Shown here: piece after piece, positions 40,420 through 52,516 of the stretch
Layout: every line of letters begins with the position of its first letter
Position numbering within the stretch: the first letter of the stretch is position 1
Notes under the pieces: model-generated
The model's database searches: none
What the model was told of the DNA's origin: nothing
The model's input: the letters and a program-made list of their open reading frames with translations, nothing else
Assembly: GCA_951406725.2 (NCBI GenBank)
Contig: OX597816.1
Location: forward strand, 7,254,001-7,318,000
Direction: 5' to 3'
DNA from: Octopus vulgaris
Taxonomy: Eukaryota
Length of the DNA stretch: 64,000 bases
Made by a program: the position numbers and the translations under genes

Positions 40420-40616
40420 TTTATTAATTTTTAGGCGTGAAAATGCTTTTTTACCACAGAAATAATTAAAATCTAAAAAAATCTAAACACCTATCGGCCG
40501 CATAAACCCGCGATATACTGAGGAGTCCGCGATATAATTTTACATATATTAGCCAGAAAAATCTGCGATGTACTGAGGGCGCGATAGGTGAATCGTGATG
40601 TGGCGAGGGATTACTG
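40420..40616. mobile_element. pogo/Tigger-like MITE terminal fragment
   Basis: Ends GCGATAGGTGAATCGTGATGTGGCGAGGGATTACTG-TA, matching the 26966 family TIR. Confidence 0.6.
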
Positions 40617-40618
40617 TA

Positions 40619-40695
<77 letters not shown>

Positions 40696-40720
40696 GTCTG
40701 TCTATCTGTCTATCTATCTG

Positions 40721-40783
<63 letters not shown>

Positions 40784-40800
40784 GTCTGTCTATCTATCTA

Positions 40801-41074
40801 ATGGAATAATTACTATGAAGCATTGTGTAGAATATATTGTATAAAGGATTGTGGGTAAGGCCAGAACAATGCGAAGTAAATGCAAGGCAAATCACAAGAA
40901 AACAAATATGTGAATTAATGTAGACTTAACTTGTATTCAATATTTCAGGGTTAATTTCATGATAATGGGGTGATAACCCCGAAATATTGAATACAAGGTA
41001 AGTCTACATTAATTCATATATTTGTGTTCTTGTGATTTACCTTGCATTGTTTTGGCCTTACCCACGTTCCTTTA

Positions 41075-41083
<9 letters not shown>
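40801..41083. mobile_element. Fold-back element between (TATC)n and (TA)n with degenerate hammerhead at its centre
   Basis: Arms ~40832-40952 and ~40975-41083; tail 40801-40831; centre TTC-ATGATAA-T-GGGGtgataaCCCC-GAAA-TA-TT-GAA. Confidence 0.75.
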
Positions 41084-41120
<37 letters not shown>

Positions 41121-41470
41121 TTCGAAATCATAATTGGAAACAATATTTAACAAGAAGTATTAATTATTAGTTCCAAATATTGGCACAAGGCCAGCAATTT
41201 CGGGAAGAGATTAAGTCTCTTACATCGACTCCGGTGACAAGAGAAGATAACGTCGTAACGCCGTCAGTTTATTTGTTTACCCAGGATCTTTGTACACCAA
41301 AACCACATGGTCCTGGGTTCAGTCCCACTACGTAGCACCTCGGGCAAGTGTCGTCTACTATAGGCTATTTCCGACCAAGATGTACTTCGGAGGATGGAGA
41401 TTGATTTATTTCTAATCCAAAGGAAGATGCTGGAATGGTAGAAGACGGCACTCGGTATTTGGTATTCATT

Positions 41471-41703
41471 AAGGCGGCGAGCTGGCAGAATCGTTAGCGC
41501 ATCGGGCGAAATGCTTAGTGGTATTTCGTCTGCCGTTACGTTGTGAGTTCAAATTCCGCCGAGGTCGACTTTGCTTTTCATCCTTTCAGGGTCGATAAAT
41601 TAAGTACCAGTTACGCACTGGGGTCGATGTAATCGACTTAATACCTATGTCTGTCCTTGTTTGTCCCCTCTGTGTTTAGCCCCTTGTGGGTAATAAAGAA
41701 ATA
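41471..41703 (+). mobile_element. SINE family A monomer with 14-bp TSD
   Basis: GTATTTGGTATTCA at 41455-41468 and 41705-41718. Confidence 0.9.
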
Positions 41704-42468
41704 AGTATTTGGTATTCAAAAACCAGTCAGGATTGAGCTTATGTTTTTATCCCTCAAAGGGCCCCTTAAAGAACGTCTTGTCTTTTAGAAGATAAAAAGA
41801 AATTTCGACATTTGAGGGAACGGAAATTAGAATAGTTATGTTTTATAAAAAGCCTACGTTGTTGGTGTTGCGTTAATGTCTATCAATTTGTGTAACCTCG
41901 ATCTAGATTTCAACTGAGAGAGATTTCTGGCCTGTTATTGTTGAACCTATTTCTGAAACTATGTTGCTCACACACTCAATTGAATTATAAAGGTTATATA
42001 AGAGAGGGAATAGGAGAGAGGGAGGCGACAGGCAGTGAAAAGAAAAGTAATAAATTTGATATTGTTATAGGACCATTTGGATTTTGTTTGTTTAATTGTT
42101 ATATCGTTGAAAAGTTAAGGTAATAAAATATGGCTTATGGGAAGCGAAGAAGCCTTCTGTTGGAGACGAAGCTAAACAACAGAACGTTCATGAAAGAGGT
42201 TATTGCTTGTGGGAAATGTTCCGATTGCTTGGTGAGTTATGATTGTATGAAGAAGGACCGAGATGACCAAAAAGTGCAGCGAGTTTGGAGTCTTTTTCAA
42301 GGTCGAGGTTTTGAAAACTCTAAACCTAAGCTCACAGTTTGCTCGTCGGAACAAATAACTACAATTTAAATAAAGCTCTCCATAAGCAAAGAAAGAATAT
42401 TTGGTCCTCTGCCACGCCGTACATGTCCACATACCGAATTTTTAGAAATAGCAGCCAAAGAATTTAGT

Positions 42469-42560
42469 TATTTCTTCTACTATAAGAGGAATTTCCCAGA
42501 CAATGTATACTCAAAAACAATTCACGTAGGCATAGAGGGAAAAATAACGAAAGTTCACCT

Positions 42561-42648
<88 letters not shown>

Positions 42649-42662
42649 ATATATATAGATAC

Positions 42663-42707
<45 letters not shown>

Positions 42708-42710
42708 TAC

Positions 42711-42764
<54 letters not shown>

Positions 42765-42804
42765 ATTATTATATATATATATATATATATAGATAGATAG
42801 ATAG

Positions 42805-42862
<58 letters not shown>

Positions 42863-42954
42863 AGGTGAACTTTCGTTATTTTTCCCTCTATGCCTACGTG
42901 AATTGTTTTTGAGTATACATTGTCTGGGAAATTCCTCTTATAGTAGAAGAAATA
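42469..42954. repeat. Perfect 94-bp inverted repeats enclosing a ~300-bp (TA)n/(TCTA)n/(AGAT)n spacer
   Basis: 42469-42562 is the exact reverse complement of 42861-42954. Confidence 0.9.
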
Positions 42955-42977
42955 CCTAAATTATATATACATATATA

Positions 42978-43182
42978 GGCGCAGGGGTGGCTGTATGGTA
43001 AGAAGCTTTCTTTCCAACCACATGGTTCCGAGTTCAGTCCCACTGCGTGGCACCTTGGGGAAATGTCTTCTACTAAAGTCTGGAGGTGTTAAATCAGGTG
43101 ATCTTGGTGACCAAAGTCCCTTCGAAATAATACGTTCACCGAAAAATTCCCTCCTACGGAGAGACTTTTTGAACACCCTGTA
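42978..43182. mobile_element. SINE B 5' fragment (+) joined to a Tc1/mariner fragment (-)
   Basis: Minus strand FFGERIISKGLWSPRSPDLTPPDF and TIR TACAGGGTGTTCAAAAAG. Confidence 0.65.
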
Positions 43183-44195
43183 TATATAAACTTTTTAAAC
43201 ATATTTTTTCAAGCATATTCACAAAATCTTTAAAGCAGACCGGTTGTTTTCTGTTCATTTAGAAAATTCTTGTGCTGATGCGCCATGAATATGTTTTGAA
43301 AAGTCAAAGGAAGATAATTCATTCAGAGTTGTACGATGGAATAAAACCCACAGAATATCACATGCCCGTATAAAGCACTGTATTATTATTATTATTAATA
43401 GAAATTGGCCAGGCCCTTAGAAGTCGTGTACAACAGGAGATAATTAAGTACATAGGTTGCAATTATGACTAGATTTCTTGAATGTATTTAGTGCTTTTGG
43501 TGAGAAAAGGTTATCGTGTGTAGTGTGTAATTTTAATATTGCAAAGAAGACGTGACTTAGGAAATATATATATATATTATTAAAGCATATAATATAAATA
43601 GATATTATTGCAGATTTATTCTACTTCCAAATAAATTAAGTGACGAGGGCTGTCATAGTTGTAATTATATCTATGTTTGTATTAACACTTTCAGAAAGAG
43701 GGGGAAGAAAGGGAAAAAAATGAATGAATGAGGATTGACAGAGATATGTGAGGCAGGGGTGCTTAATAGAAATATAAAACTGTATTTGTAAGTATAAGGT
43801 GTAAAATGTAATTATAAAATTGTAAATTAAAGGTAAGTAATTTAAGCACCGAGTTAATGATAGGATAGTCTATATGTCTATTGTTGGGTGAAGTCTACTT
43901 GTAGCTGGGAAATCTTATCTTCGGTGTGATATGAACTGGAAAAAATATTCATGTTCACACGTATTATTAGCTACAGCTGAATTTTCCTGGCATTTGTTTT
44001 TTTTTAATGAAAATAATAAACCAATTAATTGATTAGGTAAATTAAAATAAGGAGGTGATAAGGAAAATGAAATTTCGATAAAATGTCGGAGTATATTTAA
44101 ATTAGGAGAAAGATAATAAATATTAAAAAGGACGACACAGGAAGAGCAAAGTTCGAGAAACAGGGTTTTAGTTTATTGCTTGAGGGACGAGAGTA

Positions 44196-44229
44196 TTAAC
44201 GTTTCGGGCGTTGGCCCTTCAACAGAAGG
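44196..44229 (-). ncRNA. Degenerate hammerhead-like motif in a probable PLE remnant
   Basis: CUGUUGA-A-GGGC caac GCCC-GAAA-CG-UU; one core substitution (A6U) and weak stem I. Confidence 0.45.
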
Positions 44230-44524
44230 AAAGAAAGAAAAAGGGAAGTATCGGGGAAATGAGGAAGAAAAGTGAATGTAGTAGGAAAATGGGTAAAAAC
44301 AAAACAGGGGCGATGAATAGAAAAAACACTTAAAGAGAAAAAGAGAAAGAGGAAAGAAGGAAAATGATAATATATACACAGACATGCAGGAAGTAAATAG
44401 ACACCTTTAATTTTCAAAATTTCTGATCTAAGCGTGTTATAGTTTTCAGCGGGGTAGAATTTACAATGTAATTATTTTTTTTCATTCCAGGTGCCATTAT
44501 ATTAAACATTTGCGAAGAGTAACC

Positions 44525-45542
44525 ATGCCACGCACGAAAAATTCAGCAGAACTGTCAGATTTTCAAAGAGGTCATATTGTTGGGCAATCTGAAGCTGGTC
44601 TTAGCCAATGAAAAAATGCCAAAAATCTTCAAATTCCTCTTGCTACTGTTAATAGAATTATAGTGCAATTCAAAAGCCAAGGAAAAGAATCCACAGATTC
44701 TCGTCCAGGCCGACCTGGGCCCTCGGAAAGGAATCTTCGCTGTTTGAAGAGAATTGTGGAAAACAAACCCCGTTTGAAGGCTTCTGACATTGCAAAACAG
44801 CTAGAAGTTAGTCCAAGAACGTGTGTTACATATCTGCATAAGCTTGGGTATTATGGACGAGCAGATAGAAAAAAACCTTTCCTTCAACCAATTAATATCA
44901 CGAAAAAGAAAGAAATGGGCTAAGGAGATGTCAGAAAAATCCAGTTCATTTTGGGATAGTGTGATTTTCTCAGATGAATCCAGATTTGCATTACTTTCAG
45001 ACAGTGGACGTATTTGGGTCTGGAGGCTTCCCAATCAAGAATTTGATTTGAAGCGACTCCAACCAACTGTGAAACATGGCGGTATCTCTATAATGGTATG
45101 GGGAGCTGTCACCAGCAATGGTCGCTCTGAGCTGATCGAATGTGTTGGAACCATAAACTCCGAAAAATACACTGAAATACTTAAGCAAGGACTACTTCCG
45201 ATGTATTCACATGATAACATAACGAAAAATGAGTTTTTATTCGTGGAAGATGGGGCTCCATGCCACACAGCGAAAAGGAATCAACAATGGTTGACTGAAA
45301 ATGGGATCAAAAAGCTTCCTTGACCAAGCCAATCTCCTGACATGAACCCAATTGAAAATCTTCGGAGCATACTAGTTGTACGAAAAACTCGACAGAAACC
45401 TAAATCTAAAGATGAATTGTTACGATTGTTGCATGGAAAGTGGGCAGAAATTCCACTAAAGACAATCACAAAGCTCATCATTTCAATGCCAAAAAGAGTT
45501 TCTGAACTAAAAACTGCAAAGGCAATATCAACTAAATACTAA
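44525..45542 (+). pseudogene. Tc1-family DD34E transposase pseudogene
   Basis: MPR..ELSDFQRGHIVG HTH, RPGRP, VIFSDESRF, TVKHGG, EDGAPCH-34aa-NPIE; two premature stops and one frameshift; right TIR not found. Confidence 0.92.
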
Positions 45543-46565
45543 AGTATGTAGTCCTATCTATCGATTACATTTCAATTGATCACTTTACAATAATTACTTC
45601 CCTCAAACATGACTCATTAATGTTCTCAACTCCGCAAAAACCAAGAAGTAAAAACATCACTAATTAACAAATTGAAACCTTTGTACTATGTGATAAGATA
45701 ATTTGAAATAAAATCAATGAAATACCCCCACCTAAGCACTGCTGTCCGCTTTTCTCAAAGATGTGCAGAACTGCTATAAGGGCGAAAATAGATTTTGGAT
45801 GTGCAACCTCTTTTTTTGCAGATGTCCTTGACCAAGATTCGTTGATACGAATTATCGTACGATAATATCATATTGCTGTACTAACCCTTTTGTTTTTGCT
45901 TCTAGTTTACTTGTAGACATTGTGAGTTATTTGCAAATGTCAAGCCAGTCACTTAATACTATTAACTAATTAATTAATCCTGAAGTAACATTATCAGTCA
46001 AAACAAGACAGAATTTATCAAGCCCCGTCTACTAAACGTAACTCAGATCCGAGCACTACCTCCAGTTTTCCCTAGAATTTTAGCTTGATGTTAATATTCC
46101 ATAGTATCTATTAAGGCCAAGTCTTCCAGTCTATGAGAAACTATTTTCACCAACAATACACAATGATATAAATATGAATTCATTTTCCCACTTACTATCA
46201 CTTTCTGCTCGATGCTTAATGTGAAAACAAGGTTTAATTTGTGAACATTTGCAGGTTTAAGAAGAAACCTGCAAACATTCACAAAGGCCAAACAAAGCCA
46301 GTTCTGTTGCGTAGGAGTGTCACCTGTAGCCTGGGTAAGATAGACATTTGCGATGGACCGGCGTTGGCTGCGGCGTCGGGGTCGTACCAACTGTCAAACA
46401 TGTACGAAACAATGCTATGTGTTTATATCAAGTCGGCCAATGCGCTATTTTGGCCAACAGTTCACAGGTTAGCTAACCTTGCTCTAAATAATTTTATTAA
46501 CCCCAAAATAGATTATTTTCTCATAGGCTACGAATTCGTAGACTTTTAAACACACACACACACAC

Positions 46566-46598
<33 letters not shown>

Positions 46599-46746
46599 TA
46601 GATATATATAGATAGATATATATATGCACATACATACATATATATAGAAAGATAAAAGATATATACGTGTATGTATATATACACACACGCATAGATATAT
46701 GTATATATATGCATGTATATACATATATACATATATGTATATATGC

Positions 46747-46796
<50 letters not shown>

Positions 46797-46797
46797 G

Positions 46798-46872
<75 letters not shown>

Positions 46873-46914
46873 ATAAAAGATACATACATGTATACACACA
46901 CACACACACACACC

Positions 46915-47140
46915 TTTTTATATTTTACTTGTTTCAGTCATTAGACTACAGCCATGCTGGGGAACCACCTTGAATAATTTTATGTCGAACGCAACGAACT
47001 CCGTATTTTTTTTGAAAGCCCGGTACTTATTCTATCAGTTTCTTTTGCCGAACCACTAAGTTACTGGGACGTATACACGCCAACACCGGTTCTCAAGTGG
47101 GAAGAGGAGGAGAAACACAAACACAAGGACGCTTATATCT

Positions 47141-47170
<30 letters not shown>
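46915..47170 (-). mobile_element. SINE family B 3' part (diverged)
   Basis: TTTACTTGTTTCAGTCATTAGACTACAGCCATGCTGG. Confidence 0.7.
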
Positions 47171-47174
<4 letters not shown>

Positions 47175-47472
47175 GATAATTACTTCATCTTGATATACGA
47201 TAGTCGCCTCATCAACATACACACACCACACCCCATCATACAGCACAATCCCTCCGTTGATGAGCCCTTAAATGACTTTTAAGACCAGCTGCTGACTGAC
47301 AGGGTTTAAAACACAAGTGACAGATAGTATTCAAGTTTCTTCCGTATCTCTGCCCTTTGGAACCTGATTCTGAAGAAATGGTTTCCAGAACTAGCAAATG
47401 TCTTTTAAGTCCAGATATTGTCTTACAAGTTTTGTGACATATGACAAGTTGTAAGAGGTGGTCGGGGTTCAA
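47175..47472 (-). mobile_element. Probable RTE-type LINE 3' end with tandem C2H2 zinc fingers
   Basis: ICHKTCKTISGLKRHL and CHLCFKPCQSAAGLKSHLRAH followed by stop and short UTR; flanked by microsatellites. Confidence 0.55.
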
Positions 47473-47520
47473 TATTATTATTATGTCAGGTCACATATAT
47501 ATATATATATATATGTGTGT

Positions 47521-48130
47521 AAGGCGGCGAGCTGGCAGAATCGTTAGCACGCCGGGTGAAATGCGTAGCCGTATTTCGTCTGCCGCTACGTTGTGAGTTC
47601 AAATTCCGCCGAGGTCGACTTTGCCGTTCATCCTTTCGGGGTCGATAAATTAAGTACCAGTTACGCAGTGGGGTCGATATAATCGACTTAATCCATCTGT
47701 CTGTCTGTCCTTGTTTGTCTCCTCTGTGTTTAGCCCCTTGTGGGTAGTAAAGAAATAAGTATTTCGTCTGCCGTTACGTTGTGAGTTCAAATTCCGCCGA
47801 GGTCGACTTTGCCGTTCATCCTTTCGGGGTCGATAAATTAAGTACCAGTTACGCACTGGGGTCGATATAATCGACTTAATCCGTCTGTCTGTCTGTCCTT
47901 GTTTGTCACCTCTGTGCTTAGCCCCTTGTGGGTAGTAAAGAAATAGGTATTTCGTCTGCCGTTACGTTGTGAGTTCAAATTCCGCCGAGGTCGACTTTGC
48001 CGTTCATCCTTTCGGGGTTGATAAATTAAGTACCAGTTACGCACTGGGGTCGATATAATCGACTTAATCCGTTTGTCTGTCCTTGCTCGTCCCCCTCTAT
48101 GTTTAGCCCCTTGTGGGCAATAAAGAAATA
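47521..48130 (+). mobile_element. SINE family A trimer (188-bp unit)
   Basis: One head plus three body/tail units. Confidence 0.9.
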
Positions 48131-48628
48131 CAATGGTTGTCTGTGTAATCTCTCTCTATATTAAATTCTTTGTCTGTTTGTCTGTCCCCTATGCATTCTC
48201 AAATGGCTCGACTAAATCAAATCAAATTTTACATGGTAATACTATCAGACCCCGTGAGTGTCAACATGTCATTTTTTTTTTTTCATTTGGATTAAAACAA
48301 CACAGCATTGTCACTGGTTCGGCATTACGTGTCGAAAGCGAAAGAATAAGTTTTATATTGTAATGAGATATAATATTGTTTCACTTTTATTCTTGTATTT
48401 ATGTATGTATTTATGCATGAAATATGTATGTACGTACAAATATGTGTGTGCGTGTATGTCTGTATGTAAAGATATATGTGTGTACATTTATATTAATATG
48501 TTCGTACTTACGCGCGCCCGCTTGAAGCAAATCAAACTAATATTGATACAGGTATCATTTTACATTTCATGTCTTAGTCAGACAGTCTTTAGCTTTCAAA
48601 ACTATTTAATGTATAGCTTTTTGTAACA

Positions 48629-48978
48629 TACTCTTTGGAAAATATCTTCATATCACCCCAAAAAAAACAAAAAAACACACAACTTTACTTAACGCGCTTC
48701 GTCGACAGAACGGAAAGATTCATTAAGGGTGTGCTCTGGAAGGCTTTCTTTGAGAATCCGTCCACTGCCACAGACGCAGACAGTTTCGACTTTAAATCCC
48801 GAAACTGTCCTCCTCAGATAATGGACCTTGAAAACTTTGAAGCTGACCCAATGAACATCGCAAAGAAGGTAAGTTTTCGCCATAGTTCTAACCCCTTCCT
48901 TAAGTTTTAAACAATTACATTTCAAAATGGAAGCAATCACCTAAAGTACATATTCTTCAAGAGAAACTAAAGAATATA
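48629..48978 (+). mobile_element. PLE (Naiad/Hydra-like) ORF N-terminal remnant
   Basis: YSLENIFISP...YLTRFVDRTERFIKGVLWKAFF...FDFKSRNCPPQIMDLENFEAD resembles the YS.KNIP.P..Y...LI.K.E.FIKRMRWKA..F...GFKS..CPP N-terminus; appears to resume after 49637. Confidence 0.6.
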
Positions 48979-49636
48979 CTGTGTGCGGTGAATAAACTGT
49001 CGTCTAAATTACGCAAAAAGGAAAGTAACATTGACATCTCATTTTAACAAAATTACACAGAAATATCTTGAAATATTAAAGAGTAAATTTATTCAATAAA
49101 ATCTCTGCAACCACAGTCTCCAGATGACTTCGGAATCTCTTGTAACTCTTCTGGATGGTCTCCTTGTTTAAGTTGGTGAATGCTGCCATAATCCTTGTCT
49201 TCAGTTCATCTTTGGTGTTACAAGGAGTTTTGTTGGTCTCTCGCTCAACTGTGCCCCGCATATAATAATCAAGGGGTTGCAGTCTGGGGAGTTGGTGGCC
49301 AGATGTTAGGGGTGATGTGGCCGCAGAAATTGTCTGGTGATCACTCCAAAAACAATGATGTTGACTGGAGGCTTGATTTTTATCACTCTCGGTACATGCT
49401 CTCAGATTGATACCCAAATACTCTGAAATGTTCGTAATGGCGATTCCAGCGCGAATGCCAAGTAGTACAGCATGTAGTTTCTGAATTTCTGGGATAGTGA
49501 ATTACGTCATGGTGCTGGTTTTCTCTCAGACAGTGCCCAACTGACCTTACTATACTGTGTAGTCGACAAAATCAAGAACAAACGCATGCGCGAAATTGAA
49601 AATATACAATGGCGACAATTTACTCATCGCATCCTT
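48979..49636 (-). mobile_element. Internally deleted maT/mariner-like element
   Basis: Degenerate TIRs (GTGCGGTGAATAAACTGTCG / CGACAATTTACTCATCGCATC); PLDYYMRGTVERETNKTPCNTKDELKTRIMAAF...RFRSHLETVV. Confidence 0.75.
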
Positions 49637-50176
49637 TATATGAAACAAATACTTCGACGCATGCAAGACTTCTTAGAAACGCAATCAGCAAATCATACAA
49701 CCCCCACTCCAATACCTCTACATACAACCACAGAATGAAGGACAACCCAGAATAATGAGTCTAAGATATAAGAAATTCATAACCGAGCATGACATGTGTA
49801 TTCCGATCATCAGCTGCCCAAACGGATATCATTGTGGTTTCGACACGTGGGAAGTACGATTTAATCCGGCGTTGTCCAGAGAGTTAAGAATATAAACGTT
49901 GCCAGGGAATCCACCAGCTTATTACTACGCGAAGCCACATAAGATTAAACAAATAGTGTTAACTTATAGCTGCAAAATAGTATTTATAGTAAAGCTCTAA
50001 CTCCGAAAAGGACATCTAAACAGTACAACAAGGGCAGACAACTCGATACTTTGCTTTTTCGCTCAACATCGCACCTCGAACATGATATCACACCCGAAAA
50101 CGAACCTAATATGTTTATACGTATGCATATATGTAACAGTATCAATATAAATGTATGTTTATATGTATATACATAC

Positions 50177-50269
<93 letters not shown>

Positions 50270-50274
50270 AATAT

Positions 50275-50329
<55 letters not shown>

Positions 50330-51174
50330 TACACACACCCATGTCAATATAAATGCGTGTTTATACGTATGTGTATATTCCTGATACAACAGCTCCATCT
50401 CCGATATTCTACTGCATTGTCTTCATAGAGAAAAATAATTAAAATGGTTGAAATATTTTTTCAACATTGTCAAAACAGAAACAAAAGCTTATTTCAACCA
50501 CAACAAACAAAGAAACAAACAAAGGCTAAACTTTGCCACGGCCTTCTTTATTTAAGTTGTTCAAATGTATGTTTAGTGTATTGAATATAGAGCAGGAGTC
50601 GTCGTCCAGTGATACACAGCTGGATAATATTTACGATACAGATACCTAATTATTGTAATCAGAGAGTCACTAGTGGTTGGTATTTTGGTATTTAGGATTA
50701 AAGCACAACGTCAGAATTTCAGTACAACGCCATTAAAAAGAGGTTCTGTCCAGTCTGGTACAACCTTTCCAGTATTCAAATGTTTTTTGCTGTTTTGTCC
50801 GACCCAGCGTACAAACTCCACTGAGTCAGACAATTAATAGCAGCCACAACCGCTCGTTAATCATTCCTGAAACTTGTAATTTTTAAGCCGCTTTCTTTCG
50901 AATGTTGTCTTAAATGTCCGACTATTCAGATATTTCCAAAAATTACTTTCACAAATAAATGACTTCATGTCATGGCCATATACTTTAAGAGGAGAATTCT
51001 TCTTCGTAAAATACTACCAGCAAATACACGAAATGGCCATTTGGATATAATATAGCAGGTCATGAGTTCAAATCTACTGTAAGTGTGTTTGTGTTGGGAC
51101 AATTTAATTTATAGTTTTTCTCAATACCAAAAATTATTTTCAAAATATATTACCTGATACGACGTGTCAATGTT

Positions 51175-51388
51175 GGTTTCAAATTTTGGTACAAGGCCAG
51201 CAATTTCGGGAAGTGGCTAAGTTGATAAAATCAACCCCAGTACTCAACTGGTACTTCTTTTATTGACTCCAAAGGGATGAAAGGCAAAGTCGACCCGGTG
51301 GCATTTGAACCCAGAACATAAACGCGGGTGAAATGTCGGCTAGGCATTTTACCAGGCGTGCTAACGATTCTGCCAGCTCGCTGCCTTG
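51175..51388 (-). mobile_element. SINE family A (old)
   Basis: Reverse-complement head and central domain. Confidence 0.7.
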
Positions 51389-52083
51389 CCACATACAAAT
51401 ATTGTTTGCAGAAATTGGTGTTTTGTCATTTATCTCTAATCTGCTTTGAGGAATAAACGCGAAACCAATAGCCATTTGTTAAGAATACCTTCTGTCCAAG
51501 AGGCACTAATAATGTAAATCAGCCCTTGTACAGTCGTCGAAGGAACCGGCAGAAAAATGTCTTGGATTATTATAAAAATAAGTTCAGTCGTCGAATACCA
51601 GTAAAATTATCAGAATCCAAAGAGAATTTCGTCGAGGATTGTCTGAGTTGATATATTTGATTTATAAATGCTCGTAGATTATATCTATTCAATGAAACTT
51701 ATAATAAAACAAATGAAATTATCTTGTAATTAAACTAAAGTTTCCTAATTGCTTTTACTCACGCCATGATAAAGCAGTCATAAAACGAAGCAGAAAAATA
51801 GTGGGTCGCTCCAATAGCCATGGACTTTTCCTTCTCGATGTTGGAATTCAAAAGACGACCCACGGAAATTATTTTATTTCCTTCTATATCTCAATTGTGA
51901 ATTAAACAACGAAATAGACGTTAGGTGTCTCTGTACTTGGAAAATGTGGCCTCAACATTAGTGAGGAGTTTCCACTGAAATACACTGAAAACTGTCGGCC
52001 ATATTTAACATTCATTGTTAGGATAGTATTAACGAATATAAGCCGCCATACAGGCAATACGAACAACAAATGGTTAAAATATT

Positions 52084-52170
<87 letters not shown>

Positions 52171-52474
52171 CACCGTGATCACCGTGACCAACCAGGCTAT
52201 CAGACGTTGCTACACATCGCTGGTCACAATGCACTTCGCATTGTTTTAGCCTTCAAATGACGCCACTCCACTGAATAAGCGAACAGGCCAACAGAAGAAA
52301 GAGTGAGAGAAAGTTGTGGCGAAAGAGTACAGCAGGGATCCCCCCCCCCTGCCGGAGCCTCGTGGAGCTTTAGGTGTTTTCGCTCAATAAACACTCACAA
52401 CACCTCGTCTGGGAATCGAAACCGCGATCCTACACCGCGAGTCCGCTGCCCTAACCACTGAGCCATTGCGTCTC
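52171..52474 (-). mobile_element. SINE family C head with a different 3' tail
   Basis: First ~180 nt match 36019/37353; the remainder is unrelated and ends GGTCACGGTGATCACGGTGAT. Confidence 0.8.
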
Positions 52475-52516
52475 CACACACACACACATACACACACACA
52501 CATATATGTATACCTA

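Noticed and set aside
45700-46480. Possible minus-strand small exons in unique sequence
   Set aside because: Weak splice signals and no recognisable protein.
47236-47472. Host C2H2 zinc-finger gene exon
   Set aside because: No TGEKP linkers, the first finger is broken, and it ends in a stop plus short tail typical of RTE-like LINE ends.
48709-48868. Exon-like segment with AG|GTAAGT donor
   Set aside because: The peptide is better explained as a PLE ORF remnant whose similarity extends beyond both putative splice sites.
50647-50866. Minus-strand exon-like segment
   Set aside because: Stops in all three frames; no other support.
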